The notes under the pieces are model-generated. The model worked only from the letters and a program-made list of their open reading frames with translations, was not told where the DNA came from and did no database searches. A stretch of 63,785 bases of DNA, counting the filler, from Phoronis australis (lineage: Eukaryota > Animalia > Phoronida), in assembly GCA_002633005.1 (NCBI GenBank). It is 5 parts of 5 records of this genome, joined end to end, with 100 filler letters (N's around TTAATTAATTAA, not from the genome) between each part and the next. Parts side by side here need not be neighbours in the genome. Positions count along the whole stretch, not along the records: positions 41,385 to 63,785 come from NMRA01001392.1; 4 more parts are not named here. The stretch is one strand, 5' to 3'. The stretch's first letter is position 1. Each line of letters begins with the position of its first letter. This document shows positions 49,356 through 62,458 of this stretch, piece by piece. The position numbers and the translations under genes were made by a program.

Positions 49356-52300
49356 GAGCATAGGCATTAACCAAAGTGTCATCCACACACAGACTTACCT
49401 TACATAATTTACTCCTGGATCGACCTGTCACTAGGTTGAGGGCTGACTTGACTCTATTTAACTAATGCTACTTACTCCACTTATGACAACTTACTCCAGC
49501 TCATCAAGATAGGGTAACTTGTTCTAGGGCAACTCGCACCACTAATCATTATGTGGCAACAAACCTGGGCACTAGTGCAAGAGTGAGCCTGTGTGTGGAC
49601 GGGATTCTAGCTAAGTACGGTGGGCCAGGCTCTAGTTAAAGGTGGGGAATCTTTCTAGTAATGATTGAGTGAAATTCATACCATTAGCACGTGCAATTAG
49701 GAATGCTTAATTACCGAATTAAAGCACCAAAACAAAGGGTTCCGCCCTTCAACATAAACTAAAAAAATGGAAATGCTGCATGAAATTTTAAATGGTAAAG
49801 AATTTTTAATTGAAGAAGTTTATAATAATTATAAATTCAGTGTTCTCCATGACCCACATTAACAGGTCATTACAACTTGTTTGCTTTTACATCTAACCTG
49901 TTTAAATATCACTAACAGAATTGACTTTCTCACTTAGACCAAAAAAGTAACATTTTTGAGAGTTCGCTATGACGTGTACACGCTGTGCACAATCTAAATT
50001 TTCAGTGCTTGAAAATGCCGCCTGTTTGAATTTTTTAGTGTAGAGAGCAATTAAATTTAGTTTAAGTGGCATGGGTAGAATTATAAACCCAAAACAAAGA
50101 GCCCATGAAACATGTTCTCATATATCTAACATTGTACATACATACCCCAGTGACACTTTCTTCTGCCCAACTATAATAAAAAATCTACGGTCTGAGCTTG
50201 TCATGCAATCATTTCAACTTCGGAGCATGCTCCGACTGCTTAAAATAAAAAAGCTCAATGAAATCCCACATATTAGAATGCAGTGTGGCATTTTTTGGAA
50301 ACGAGCACAGTGGGCTGATTTGAATGTGCCCAAAACTGTCTAGCAAGCAGTACATTTCTAAGAGTGTTTTATGGTTATTAGTATTAAGAAATGGCCATTA
50401 GATGACATAAAACTTGTTGAACTCATAAGAAATTTGAAAAGTGTTGTCTCCCTGGAAATTATTTGCCAATTTTCATGAAAATATGTCTGAAGAATTCCAA
50501 AAATATAGAGGCAAACATGAAAAAATTCCCATTAGTAAGCTCAGAGACAGTAAGATTGGGAATACACTTGTCAAATTTCCAACAAATCTCACAGTGGGTT
50601 TAGGAGATATAGCCATAGATGCAAAAATGCCACTAAGAGCACCAAAGTAGTTGGACCTGTCTGAAAATCTAAGCCATTAGTGCCCAACTGTCAAAGATCC
50701 TCATAGCGGTTTGGCAGATACAGAGGCAGACGACAAAAAATGATTCACAAAATGGTCACTATCAAAAAATTATAATGCCTTGAAATGTTTTACACATTGC
50801 AATGCATTGATGTAGCTTAAATTAAGTATTTTATGACTCTACTTATTTTGAGAATAAATCTTTCCTTGGTATACGAAAGAATGTCATCCTGAACACCATC
50901 TAGGTCATTTTCATTTGATCAGTTTCTTGGAAATAAGTAGCCTTAGTTCAGGGAGTTTTTGGCTGTGTATTAAAGTTATTAAAATCATGATATCTACTAA
51001 TGAAATATTTGAATTCTATTAAATGCTTACTTTTATACATTTCGTTGAAACCGCTAATATTCCATGAATTACATTGTTTCCTGAATTCATGATACCTATT
51101 AGTTGGTAAAAAACCCAAACGTTATCTGTACGCAGGAAGCTTTTCGGTAAATTATGCCCCACACTGACTATCAAAGTCACATTACTATAAGTACCTTTCA
51201 AGCAATTTTGAGCTTTGAGGGACACCTTTGGAGGGTGTTGATATCTGTAATTCCTTCCACCTCTAACAATCAACATTTCATTAAGAATGGTCCTTTGTTC
51301 AGTTACCCAAGTGGGAACTGACGGGTTCTGAGAAATGACCCATTTCTGTTTTGATTGTAAAAGCATGAAATTTTTTAAACCATGTCGAGGTCAACTTCAA
51401 TGACTTCCATATTAAGCCAATCACTAATGTATTTCACAAGTAATCCACCAAAATTCACCAATGCCTGAAACTTGGCCATAAGGGTTGGACCTTTCGTACT
51501 TAAAAAATGGCGTCGTTGACAAACGAAGAAACATATTGGGAAAAAATCTTTACTACTGAAGCATTTGTTCGAGTTTGAACTTTGAAGGAATCAAAGACGT
51601 CAACGACCTCCTAAGGTGTCCCTCTATGCTCAAAAGGAACTTATAGCAATCACTTAGCCAACAAGTTTCTGACGTATTGGGCCTTATGGTATGATCACCA
51701 TATGTCCCTGCTACACTGGCCCAGTTCACAAAACGGTACTATCCAGGTATCTACTAGGATTTTTTAACAACAAGCATAGTTTTGCATTGATTCATCTTTC
51801 GAAAATTAAAGCACAACCGGGAAGTTCATATCTTTTCACTGGTTTAAAACACTCTACAAATGATCGCAAGCATTATTGCACTTCTTGTTTCAAAACTTAC
51901 AAGGAAAGTTGCCAAAACCAGGGGTATTTGTCCTACAAACTTATACATATAGTGTTGACTGCCTCAAACATTCTGTAATGGGCTTGATGTTGATTTATCA
52001 GGCCATGCTTTAGTGTCATGGGCTGAAATGCCAAGCCAGGCCAAAAGTTCAAACCTGACGCAGCACATTTCAAACTCGAGGCGCATTTTCCAAACTCGAC
52101 GCGGCAAAATCCAAACTCGTTACAGCGTTGAGTTAAAACAAGTCGTGGAGAACACTGGGGTGAATGGTTCTTGTGGAATGCAAAGCCCGTTGAAGTTAGG
52201 CTTTAAGTCTGATGTGTGATGTCACTATGACAATTTTTTCATAACTCAAATGTCTTTCAATCAACATTCCACCCATGTAAGTTGCATTGAACAAAGTTGG

Positions 52301-53158
52301 GAAGAAGTCACACCAGAACAGGGGTTCAGATTACTTGTTACAATTCAATTCTCCAGCTCTAGACATGTACAAAGAATAGAAAAAATATCTGAGCCTGTTT
52401 ACACCTGACCCGTATCATAAAACTTCCGTTAATATCATTGATTATATTCTTGCTTAATGCAAACAAGTTGCATCAGCATTAGCCGGCATAGCAGACAATC
52501 TACTCATCCATTCCAAGTAGACGACAACTGAGATAACTAGACTGGTTTATAGTTCAATGAATAATCGACTATTTCATGCAATATAATTCACACTGTTGTA
52601 TGACATCCTTTGCAAATGTGAACGCAATACAATAAATAAAATTGATCATTTCGTCATCCATTACGTCAGTGTTTAAGGGTGCTTTACCATCTTAGAAAAC
52701 TGCAATGTCAAGGTCATTGGGTAGTCCTCAACTGCATTCAATTGCTTTGCATTGTCAGTGAACCAGGCAGTTACGAAAATTGGTCAGGTCAGTAAGCGAA
52801 CACAAGGAAGGAATGGGGTAAAATGACTATGCTGAACAAGGGGAAAAGCTCAAAATACGATTTTAACTTATTGTTTGTCCTGTCTGATCCACAAACATCG
52901 ACAACAGCCATGTAACTTGTGTATACATTGCATACTCAATTTCACGAGCAATTTTTGCCTACCAGTGAAGTTTTCCCTTCAGAATTACTGTAGGTGTGTG
53001 ACACAAGTTTGGGCAAGATTATGAATGGGGGGAGAGCAAAAAGAAGAATGATTTTTACACGCAGGGGAAAACACTATACACGCATCGGGCCTGTAACCAT
53101 GTTTTCAACAATAGAAACATAATGGTCGTGTCACATCCTTCTCAGTTCCTGTACTTAC

Positions 53159-53359
53159 TTTATGCACACTATCAGGATCGACTTGCCAGGCCTGGTACAT
53201 CTCTTCAACATATGTTGACGAACTTCCATTAAGGAATGGTTCTGCCGCAACGGGTGCCACATACTGTCTCGCTTGATATATTAAAGCAAGCGGTCTCGTT
53301 TGTGCTGCATTTCTTACCAGTGGCTTAGCACTGGTCATGAACGTCCTAGCACGATACAT
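53159..53359 (-). CDS. OGDH: 2-oxoglutarate dehydrogenase E1, mitochondrial: first coding exon
   Basis: Arg-rich presequence, then AEPFLNGSSSTYVEEMYQAWQVDPDSVHK, then the donor AAA|GTAAGT. No further exon recognised before the segment edge at 41385. Confidence 0.93.
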
Positions 53360-53879
53360 CTTGAGTCCTTAAGATGTTAAAATGTCTTTTATATATAAGA
53401 AGAGTCGGATTGATTAAAGGCGCCACACTGCTGCCTTATTGTCAAACTAAACAAGAATTCTTGTTTGACTTGGTTCTGTACAACTGCAAGATTCTGAGGT
53501 TATCAGTCACAAATAGCATCTAAGTGACAGCTTTCTTCCAATGTTAAAGAGCGAGTCGTCAGTACACAAGATATCTTGTACTCTGTTTGGCGTTACTACT
53601 AAGTTGACATCGTGTTTGACACCATTCACAAATTAAGTCGCTTTCGCCGGGAGTAGTTGTGTTGCGTTGTCGACGTGAAGTCGAACACTGATCAGCGACT
53701 TCTTTCAATTTCTCTTGTTCTGAACTAAAACAAAGATGAATAGCTTTATTACAACGACTACGGATAGCGAAATAACACTAACTTAGTTGTAGATTTATCA
53801 CAACTGTTACAAAACACTTTAAAAAGTTTAAACTTTACTAACCTCAGTCCTGAGAACTCAGGAGTTCAGCATCATAAGG

Positions 53880-53887
53880 TGACGTCA
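53880..53887. promoter_or_regulatory. Palindromic CRE-type site in the putative OGDH promoter
   Basis: TGACGTCA lies about 40 bp upstream (minus-strand sense) of a candidate non-coding exon donor GAG|GTTAGT at 53842. Confidence 0.35.
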
Positions 53888-54717
53888 TCAAATGACCTAG
53901 TTGGTATTCTGTACTTATCAATTCCAAGATTGGTTGTGAACAAGGAAGCGCCCACAAATGTAACCAATCACATATCGTTTTTGAAACGCTTCTCCTCGCA
54001 GTCTCACGTAAAATTGAATAATTGCGGTGACAATTCGTTTAAATTATATAAAATAAAACGTCTTGGTTTTGAAGAAATCACAGATTTCTAGTAGGGATAC
54101 GTGGAACAAATAGATTCATGGTCTTATAGCTAAAACTCAGCGTAACTTTACGACTATGATTCACTGACGCCACAGAACTGACGGTGCTCGTCAGAGGTCG
54201 CAGTGTGATGGGGTGAAAGGAGCAAGTTGGCTGCTATTGTTGTGTAAACACGAACTTCGTGCTTTTGGCAACTATTTTTATGTTTTGTGATAAGATGAAC
54301 CAAAACTACATCGACTGGAAGTAGTGTGCTCCGGCTGCGGTAGGTTTATAGGCTTTATGTTTCGCTTTTGCAACTTTATGTGTTTTTAACTTCCGAACTT
54401 TGAAGAGTGACTGGACAAGTCCATATGGATACATCATGTGACATTTACAATAAGATACAGTTCTTTTTATTACTTTTAAAGCTCATGCGTGATACATTTT
54501 TGCTTGTTTTTGGTATTAGTTCTGGAGAGCTGCATGGCATGCTTGCCTGTATGAAGATTGTTGTCAAAATACAGCTTAGAACCACTGTGTGTTAAGCTCC
54601 AATAGACTAGGCAACAGGTAGCCCCTCCCTTGGTTGGCCGGTTTGGTTCTACAATACTTCCAATCGCTTTATGTACGCATTTCGTTCCATGTATTTTAAA
54701 CGGATGGTAGGCCAAAN

Positions 54718-54855
54718 CAAACTTCCCTTGCTCCAAGATGGCTGCTGCCATTTGCACATCCTGTAGTTCTGCCTTCAGACTCTCCATTTCCTGTGCCAGC
54801 TTTGTGTTCTTTTCTGCCACAGATGCATTTTCTTTCTTGGTTTCTGATAACTCAC
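54718..54855 (-). CDS. RABEP1: Rabaptin exon (ELSETKKENASVAEKNTKLAQEMESLKAELQDVQMAAAILEQGKF), cut by a gap
   Basis: TTTCAG acceptor, phase 1 compatible with the previous exon, coiled-coil sequence. Ends at the n at 54717 without a donor. Confidence 0.72.
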
Positions 54856-55233
54856 CTGAAACAGATGGTAGCACAGCACAACATAGAGTGTGTACATTAC
54901 CGGTCTCTTGACAAGCACTAACAACAAAATTAGATTCCAATTTCAGGCCAGCACCCACGTTGACTTAACGTAGCTTCTGCAACATATTAAAATGTGCAAG
55001 TTTTACAGACCTCTCACATAATTTCGTAATCCTTAGTTTTGTTTTATTATGCCAATTCCTACATTGCTTATTACAGACCTCTGCATTCAGATAGCCTGAA
55101 ATTCAGCCAAGCTCAAATTACTGCAATTGGTATGGTAATTGAAACACAGAGGGCAGCACATTGCGATTTTTTTTGTATTAATGTACCATTTTACAATTAA
55201 GGCCAGAAGCTAATGTACTCGCGTTACATGTAC

Positions 55234-55362
55234 CTTCCTTCTTCCTGTAGAGCTCAATGAAGCGGGCTCTCTTCTGGCCAAACTCCTGCTCAAGGTTCTG
55301 AATGTGTTTGATGAGCTCTTGGTTGGTCATACCGCTCTTTGGCTCAACAGAATCTTCTTGTG
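55234..55362 (-). CDS. RABEP1: Rabaptin (RAB GTPase-binding effector protein) N-terminal exon
   Basis: LEQEFGQKRARFIELYRKKE matches the rabaptin motif LEQEFNQKRAKFKELY. TTACAG acceptor and AAG|GTACAT donor, 129 nt, phase 1-1. Confidence 0.85.
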
Positions 55363-55550
55363 CTGTAAGCAAAGGTAAATACTATTTTAGAACTATGCAC
55401 AGAGACTTGAACAGTCCAGGGCCTGAGGTCTAATCTTTGTAATCGAAATTGAACTGGATATTACTTTTGACGTTTTCCACTCTGCTTTTGTGTGAACTTA
55501 AAACAAGTGTCTGGCTTCATCATGTTACAGTGTACGCTAAAGAGTGTCTA

Positions 55551-55727
55551 CAGTGGTGGATTTAGGGAGAGGGCAAGGGGACATGCCGCCCCTAAAATTC
55601 TCCCAGATTCCATTTGGCAGTTCGGGGGTGAGAATGTTTGACAGGCAAAATCCTGGCTAATATTCTGCCCTGTCACCCCCCTTCCCCCAGCCCCCCCTCC
55701 TCACTCAAAATCCTGGATCCACCCCTG
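55551..55727. mobile_element. Short hAT-like MITE
   Basis: CAGTGGTGGATTTAGG ... CCTGGATCCACCCCTG imperfect TIRs; related to the ends at 3888-4431. Confidence 0.55.
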
Positions 55728-56088
55728 GTCTACTCCAAATTTGCACTTGATGACACTTAGATTCGAGCTACAAACGCGAGTGAAACCTCAAGATTTCATA
55801 TAAAAACTCAAGATTTCCAGTAAAAATTTAAAACTTCGAGTCCAGACTTGAAGTTGTGGTTTGCTAAACCACAAAATAATAGTCAATTACGTTGAGTTTG
55901 CATAAACATAGAACACAATGGGCCCATGTTTTTTTGGCCAATTCCGCTGATAAGATATTGAAACAACAAGCACAGAAATGCTTTTTGTTTTTAAACCTGT
56001 CCAGTAAAAAGTTGTGAACTCTTTGTTTCACTGAACAAATTTCCTTAGAACTATCCTTGCACAAATAGACTTTGGAATCAACTACCAG

Positions 56089-56541
56089 CAGGCCTTTATC
56101 CAGGATTTCGAAAATAGGGTGTCCAAAATGGGGTTTCCAATATTCCAGGGAGTCCATGATTCTGACGCGTAACCCCCCACNCCCCAGCAATCCCCCAAAC
56201 ACATAGATTTTTTTACAAAAAATGCATAGACCAAGGTTTTTACATCTAAGTTTACAAAACTGCCTTCTGTAGTGAGCATTTTTACTAAAAAAAATGTGTG
56301 GACCAAGACTTTTACAATGCTATCAACCAAGTGTGAGCATAGCAACATTGTATATACTTTGTATATACATTGTATATTATTTCTTCCTGCTTTGAAAAAA
56401 GAGCCACCACTGTGAGTCTTTATAGGCTTCCTGGTAATCATTACAATGTGTGTGTCCAAAATTGAAAGGTTCCTATTGACAGTGGGCGTCCAAATGATAC
56501 ATTGGGCCTCCTTGCCAGGACCTACATTGCATAAAGGCCTG
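56089..56541. mobile_element. Shorter copy of the hAT element at 46087-47109
   Basis: CAGGCCTTTATCCAGGATTTCGAAAATAGGGTGTCCAAAATGGG ... GGGCGTCCAAATGATACATTGGGC ... TGCATAAAGGCCTG. The TSD is decayed. Confidence 0.85.
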
Positions 56542-58544
56542 GCTAGCACTTGACACTTGCAAAATAGCATAAGGTATCAGGTGAAATTTGTAAAATTTTT
56601 GTCCGTTGGACTTTTTATTCGTCATCATGCAAGATTTCACGTTCCTCAAAATGGCACCCAGTAAGAGAAACTCGAGCAAACCGCGACAGATTTTGATTAA
56701 TTTGTTCAAATTATCTTGACTGAATCGTTTCCAGGCTTATGGTATGAGTTGTTCATAACTCCATGTGCATACATGCATGTTTCATTTGACTTTATTTCCT
56801 GTATTTTGAAATGAGTAACTTTTTGTGGGGATGTAGTATCTTCTCTGTATGTCTGCGGCATCCAGGGCGATGTAACGGCCTACCAGTAGACCTCCCATTC
56901 CAAATTTCACACTGCCCGGGTGGTTCTGCTCCTCACCTTGTTACGGAACTTATGTCACATAACAAACGGCAGGGGTGCATGCAACCATCACTCATCTTGC
57001 CTGTTGTAGTCATTTAAGTGCAAAACAATCTTCTAATAAACATCATTTTCTTGCATTATTCTCCGCCTTTTGCAACAAAGAAAAAATTTGTCATTTCGAA
57101 ACCAGTGAGCTCATGGCACGTGCATGCTCCAGGAAATGGAACCAGTTCTGACAATTTGTTGTGACATGTTTGCAACCTTGTGGAGAACATTAGATTCAAG
57201 AAACGTCAGAAACTGTCTTGCATAAAGATCGCTCCACAACTTTAGCAGCAGAATAAAAAGATGGTAGAATCCCAATTTTTCTAATACCGTTAGATAATTT
57301 AATTTACTTAAGGAAGAGTGTACTTTTTAATGAGAATAACTTTGTGTCAAATTTTAATTGAACAGCTTTTACCCATATTGGCACAAAGCTGTATATTTAG
57401 TATACAGCGTTCCGCCAAGGCTTGATACCCTTGGCAGTTGCCAATTTTAACCAGTGCTGTTAAATACTGGTAATTAAAATTAGCTTGTACTGTGTACGGT
57501 TTTTGAGAATACATTGTGTGTCTCACCATTTACCCTAATTGCTCTTATAGTTTGTACCTACTTTCCTAGTTTTAATAAGAATTTACCTATGAAGCATGTT
57601 TTGCACTCTTTACCCTGACCTCGCTCTATAACACACTGAAACAGTTACTAGTGTGTTTGAATATCCTCTCCAAAAGCCCTGGCATTTGAGTCTCAAACAC
57701 ACATGCCCATTGGCAATGTAAAGCAACATGGCACGTGTTGTATACAGTAACTGAATGTTAAATGATCGAAAGCCCTGACGTTCTTGGATTACATAAGGCT
57801 GGTGGTGTTGGGGATATTCACAATTCACAAACGTCACACTTATCAGGTTTTAAGACAATAGTACAATGAGGAAATTGTTTTTCAGCAATGAAACCCTCAC
57901 CTTGAATTGCCAGGACATTGCAAGGCCAGCAAGCATAACGCACACAGACATTTCAGGAATAAAAACTTACAATAATATGATCAAAAACCAGATAATCACC
58001 GCACAAATAAAAAAGTTCAAGTGCGATCGTCCGGTTTTTGATCTTATTGTGGCCAAAAACTGATTTAATTTACAATAATATGTTCCTCATTTCTGCATGG
58101 TCTGCAACATAATTGAGCCCTCTTGGAAAGCAGTGCTGTCACTGAAACGGCCATCCTCATTTTAAATATTACAATTAATAAAAATAGATATCAAACCACC
58201 AGGCGGAATCCGATTTTGAAATAAGCCAAGTGTCTTACAATTCTTGGCATGTGATGCAATTAATTGCTGTCAAATGTTGTCCTGAGTGCTGCTAATATAT
58301 TGGCCTGAGTGCCACTGACATGCTTTCGCGCTTTCTACCACTATAACCTGTTGGGGTGCTAGTTCGGCCTTGAACTAGTGGTGGTTTATCTGTTGCAGGT
58401 GCAAAATTCCAGTATTAGTGAGCTTCTAATGGCAGACTTGTGGATTTGCGAAGAATAGGTTTCTAGTTCATCACTGTTTTTTCAATTCCAGGATTGTCCG
58501 TTCAATCAGTGGCATTGCTGTAGAACAGTTGAGGTCATCAAGTC

Positions 58545-58704
58545 ATGGATGCCAACCGGAGATTCGTTGCCTGCTGCATCCTGGTTACTGAGCTGTGCGA
58601 GAGGCTTACGTTCTATAGTATAACAGCCAATGTAGTTGTCTTCCTGTCGGAAAACCTTCACTTAGGTACTTCAAGCGCTCTAATTATAAATGGTGCTTTC
58701 ATAG
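58545..58704 (+). CDS. SLC15/POT proton-coupled oligopeptide transporter (SLC15A4-like), first coding exon
   Basis: ELCERLTFY is the ExxERxxxY TM1 motif. Donor AG|GTAAGT; upstream acceptor TTCCAG at 58491. Confidence 0.9.
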
Positions 58705-59150
58705 GTAAGTTAACTTTCAAAATTGCAGCAATACATTCCCTGTCTTAGTATACGATGTCTGAAATGTTATTAGTTGCATTGAAATTGTGGCGTATCTGGA
58801 AACAAAGAAAATCAGAAACTACATTTTTCTGTTTGACTAGAGAAAATGTCTGAAGTGTCTCTGAAATTTAGCTATTCTCCAAATAGAAGATCTACCAACA
58901 TTTTTAAAAGAGCTGTGAAGTTTATACTTGAAGACAGTGTAATGTTTATAGATAATACCCACATCTGAGAGAAATCTCTACCATGGGAAGTTTCACCACG
59001 ACCTAGTTGTGAAGCCAAGTTTGGGCTGTGACCTCTCACAAGTTTGATGAGTGCTTTTGAGTACTGGACTCTTGAGCACCCAATTAGTTTTCGGTGCTAA
59101 TTTTGACATGTGCAGACTGTATTATTGTGTAGACCTGCTTTATCGGAATA

Positions 59151-61574
59151 CTCTCGAGTTCCGAATAGTCGTATATATACGATTATTCTTTTCAGACTCG
59201 TTTTCCGGTCTATACGATGCTTATTCGGGTCTCTACGTTTATCAATTTTCTAACTTTTTTCCACTCTCCACGATTATTTGTTTTAGCAAGTTCTCAATTT
59301 TTGTTTTATTCATTACAAATTTGTTGCTGCAAAACTTAGCTATAGACACCAGCAAGGGTATCGTACCTTGGCTGTAAAATGTGGTGTCTTCGCTCTAAAC
59401 CTCTAGACCACGAGACACTAGGCTCTGATTTAGTAACTTAGAAGAGCTATATACGACTGCGCGTTACACACGGAAGTCACATGTCATACACATTAAAAGA
59501 TTTTATTCGCCAAAATATACAACTGTACGTTTCAAAGCGTAAAATAGTTGGACTCCCAAGCAACAGTTTACGCAACGGCCAGAATGTTATTTTGGACGGG
59601 TTCGACGGGATCGGTCAGAATTAAGAAAGTGTTGGCAAAATTTAAAAAGCATGAAATGATTACCACTTCTCTTAATACATGTGTATTAACGGCTGACTGC
59701 TCAAAGAAATAGGCCATCAGTAATTTCAGAAATGATGAATTTAATGCACAAAAAATGCATTTTTCAATATTCCGCGCGCCCCGTGACACAGACCGGTGTT
59801 ACCGGCAGCTCAACGTACATATGAATAAAAACGCTTTGGACGATTTTCTTTGGGTGATCCAATATTTATGATTGCACCCTGTGAAAAACTGGCAAGCCGT
59901 ACCAAGTCTTCACTGTGTCTGTCCCTGAAGTTTGAGTTTCCGGGGGAGTAATTCCGGGATTTTGCACAGCCAGTGTCATCTGCGGTTTTCATCATTATTG
60001 ACATGCGCATTCTACATACTTAATCATGTCGTCTGCCGCGCAAAGACCTAAAGAATTCGAGGATTATTTTACAAACCGAGAGATGTTCCAGAGACAGACA
60101 TTGATTCAGATGCTGGTGCGACAAATAATCCAGCTATAGATACGGACTGTGGTGATAACGCGGCAAGTCGACGAAGCGCAAATACCCATGCAGTTAATGA
60201 ACAGTGCTGAACCTTTCAATCAATCTAGGAACCAGGTTCCTAGAATAAACAAGTCAAAGTACCAACAAGTTGCCGACAACATCGGACATCAGCATTTTTA
60301 CAATTCGCTCCAAACTTGAGAATAGATTGTTTTTATGAACAGGAAGAATGGACCTGTGACAATCTTGAAAATGACATAGTTGCTAACATTCGACAATCCA
60401 GTCGATGTCTATTGAAATTCATTTCTACTTGCTCTCCCGTCCAAATAAATGAAAAAGCGCACGTGAATCGGTTTGTTTATTATACCTAATTAGACATTCA
60501 AGATGGTGGACGTAGTTGTGGTCGTGGACTCGAGTGTTTTGCAATTCTGCAAGAAATCTCAATTTCTGGTCGTGTAAAATTTTGGATGTACCGACTTTTT
60601 GACGTCGAATTCTGACTAACATTGCGAGGGTATTGACTATGAACGTTGTGCAAGACATGAGATTGAGAGAAACAAAGGCTCGACTGTCAGGAATATGTAT
60701 GATAAAAATGCGAGTCGTTTTACCAACACACTTTATTGTCCTTATTCAGACTGTCGGCTTCGTGGAAGACTAGACGTTGCTGCTGAAATCTTTACCTCCT
60801 TGTTATAATTTTTGGACTTAGTCAACATTGGCATCCCTAGTATGAATGTCACATTCTTTTTTGAGTAAAATGATAACGCATACTGTTTGAAACACATCTG
60901 TATAGACTTCCATTTAAAGTTATTGAATAAACGAATGGTCTTTGTTTTAGCAATGACACTTTATTCCACTTCACTGTACTATGTTATGGCATGTGTGGAT
61001 ACACCACTGCAATAATTTAACTATGCTAGTTTTCAATTTAAAAGTTTTTCTTTGAAACAATTACTTATAGCGGTGGTAAGTCAGGCAGAATATGCTTCTT
61101 TGCATTATTATTCCAATCCCATCTACATTATTATTAGATTTTGCACTTCCTATTTTTTCCATCTACCGTTACTACATTTTACGCAAATTTGTAATCAATG
61201 TTATTATTCCAGTCTATATTATTTTTCATTTTCCACAAATTTCCCGTCTATACCATTATTCCTAAGAATTTGCTGTTTTGCATTATTCTCTTCTATAACA
61301 TTATTAGATTTTACCTAAATTTGTAACCAATATTATTATTCCAGTCTATACTATGTTTAAATTTCCACAAATTTGCCATCTATACCATTATTCCATTCTA
61401 TACTATTATTAATTTTTTTTTCGACAATTTCCGGTCAATACTATTATTCTACTTTTCTAGTGGCAAAAATGTTGGGTCTATACTATTATTAGAGTCTCTA
61501 CTATTATTAAAAATCGTGAAATTTTCCAGTCTATACTATTATTGCTGTCTCTACTACTATTCGGAACTCCAGAG
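59151..61574. mobile_element. Tc1/mariner-type non-autonomous element, 2.4 kb, in the SLC15 intron
   Basis: TA|CTCTCGAGTTCCGAATAGT ... ACTATTCGGAACTCCAGAG|TA, with multiple subterminal CTATACTATTATT repeats at 61120-61560. Confidence 0.8.
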
Positions 61575-62297
61575 TAAGCTTGTTCCTACTTTGCTATCAT
61601 CTGACTGGATCTTTTGTTTTAAAAATTCATCAGTGCTAGATCGAAGGACTTTATTCTATTACTATTAAATATCTGAATCTGTGTTTTGTACAAGCTACAG
61701 AAGAATCGGCATTTCACAAATTTGTTGAAAATAGTGATAGGAATACGCCAGCACCATGCGGTGCTCAGATGGTTTGAGTAACATGTCATCCTTTTTTGGC
61801 CACTTTGGTAATTGATAAGATATTGCTCAATTTTAGTACAATTGTCAAAATGATTTGACAGATTTTTTGATAGACCTTCATTCAGAGGTGTATCGCTGCG
61901 ATGCAGTAGCACCAGTGGATTTTCAGCTTTGTCCATATTAATCTGATTAGTGCATATTCATATTCACAAGAATTAGTGTAAAATGATGTTTTACTTTGCT
62001 TTTGTAGTTGTAATTGTTCAGGTTTCTCATCTATTCCAGGTAGAATAGTTCAACCAGTACATTCGTTTATGACAAAGTCTTCAGTGCAATAAAGGATGAT
62101 GACATTTGTCTCACAGTATCAGCACAATGTAAAAATCCAAAGATTTATTAAAATTGATTGTCATGGTGCCTGTATTCGTGCCACTGGAATTAATTGCACG
62201 GTGTGCAAACTGTATCGTGTAAACAATTAGTACAGTTTGAGAAATAGAAAACAATTTACTACAAGCTACTTTCCAATTGTGCTTTAATTTTCTGCAG

Positions 62298-62458
62298 GAA
62301 CATGTTATTTTCTGCCCATTATCGGCGGACTGATTGCCGACTCCATAGCTGGACGCTACAATGCAATATACGGTGCTGGTCTAATCTACATCATAGGTGC
62401 CCTGTTGCTACCTACAGCAGCCTTTGGACAGGTTCTTCAGTCCTGGGACATGAGTATA
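62298..62458 (+). CDS. SLC15/POT transporter, second coding exon
   Basis: TCTGCAG acceptor and GTAAGT donor, in phase with the first exon. GTCYFLPIIGGLIADSIAGRYNAI is the PTR2 motif GGxxADxxxGRY. Confidence 0.9.

Noticed and set aside
51507-51978. Possible zinc-finger or Polinton polymerase remnant (KHYCTSCFKTY)
   Set aside because: A single short motif amid stops, with no supporting domain recognised.
53159-55362. Apparent RABEP1-OGDH fusion or truncated RABEP1
   Set aside because: The RABEP1 exon ends exactly at an n (54717). Other single n sites also mark discontinuities, so the rest of the gene is probably in a gap. OGDH has its own ATG and presequence.
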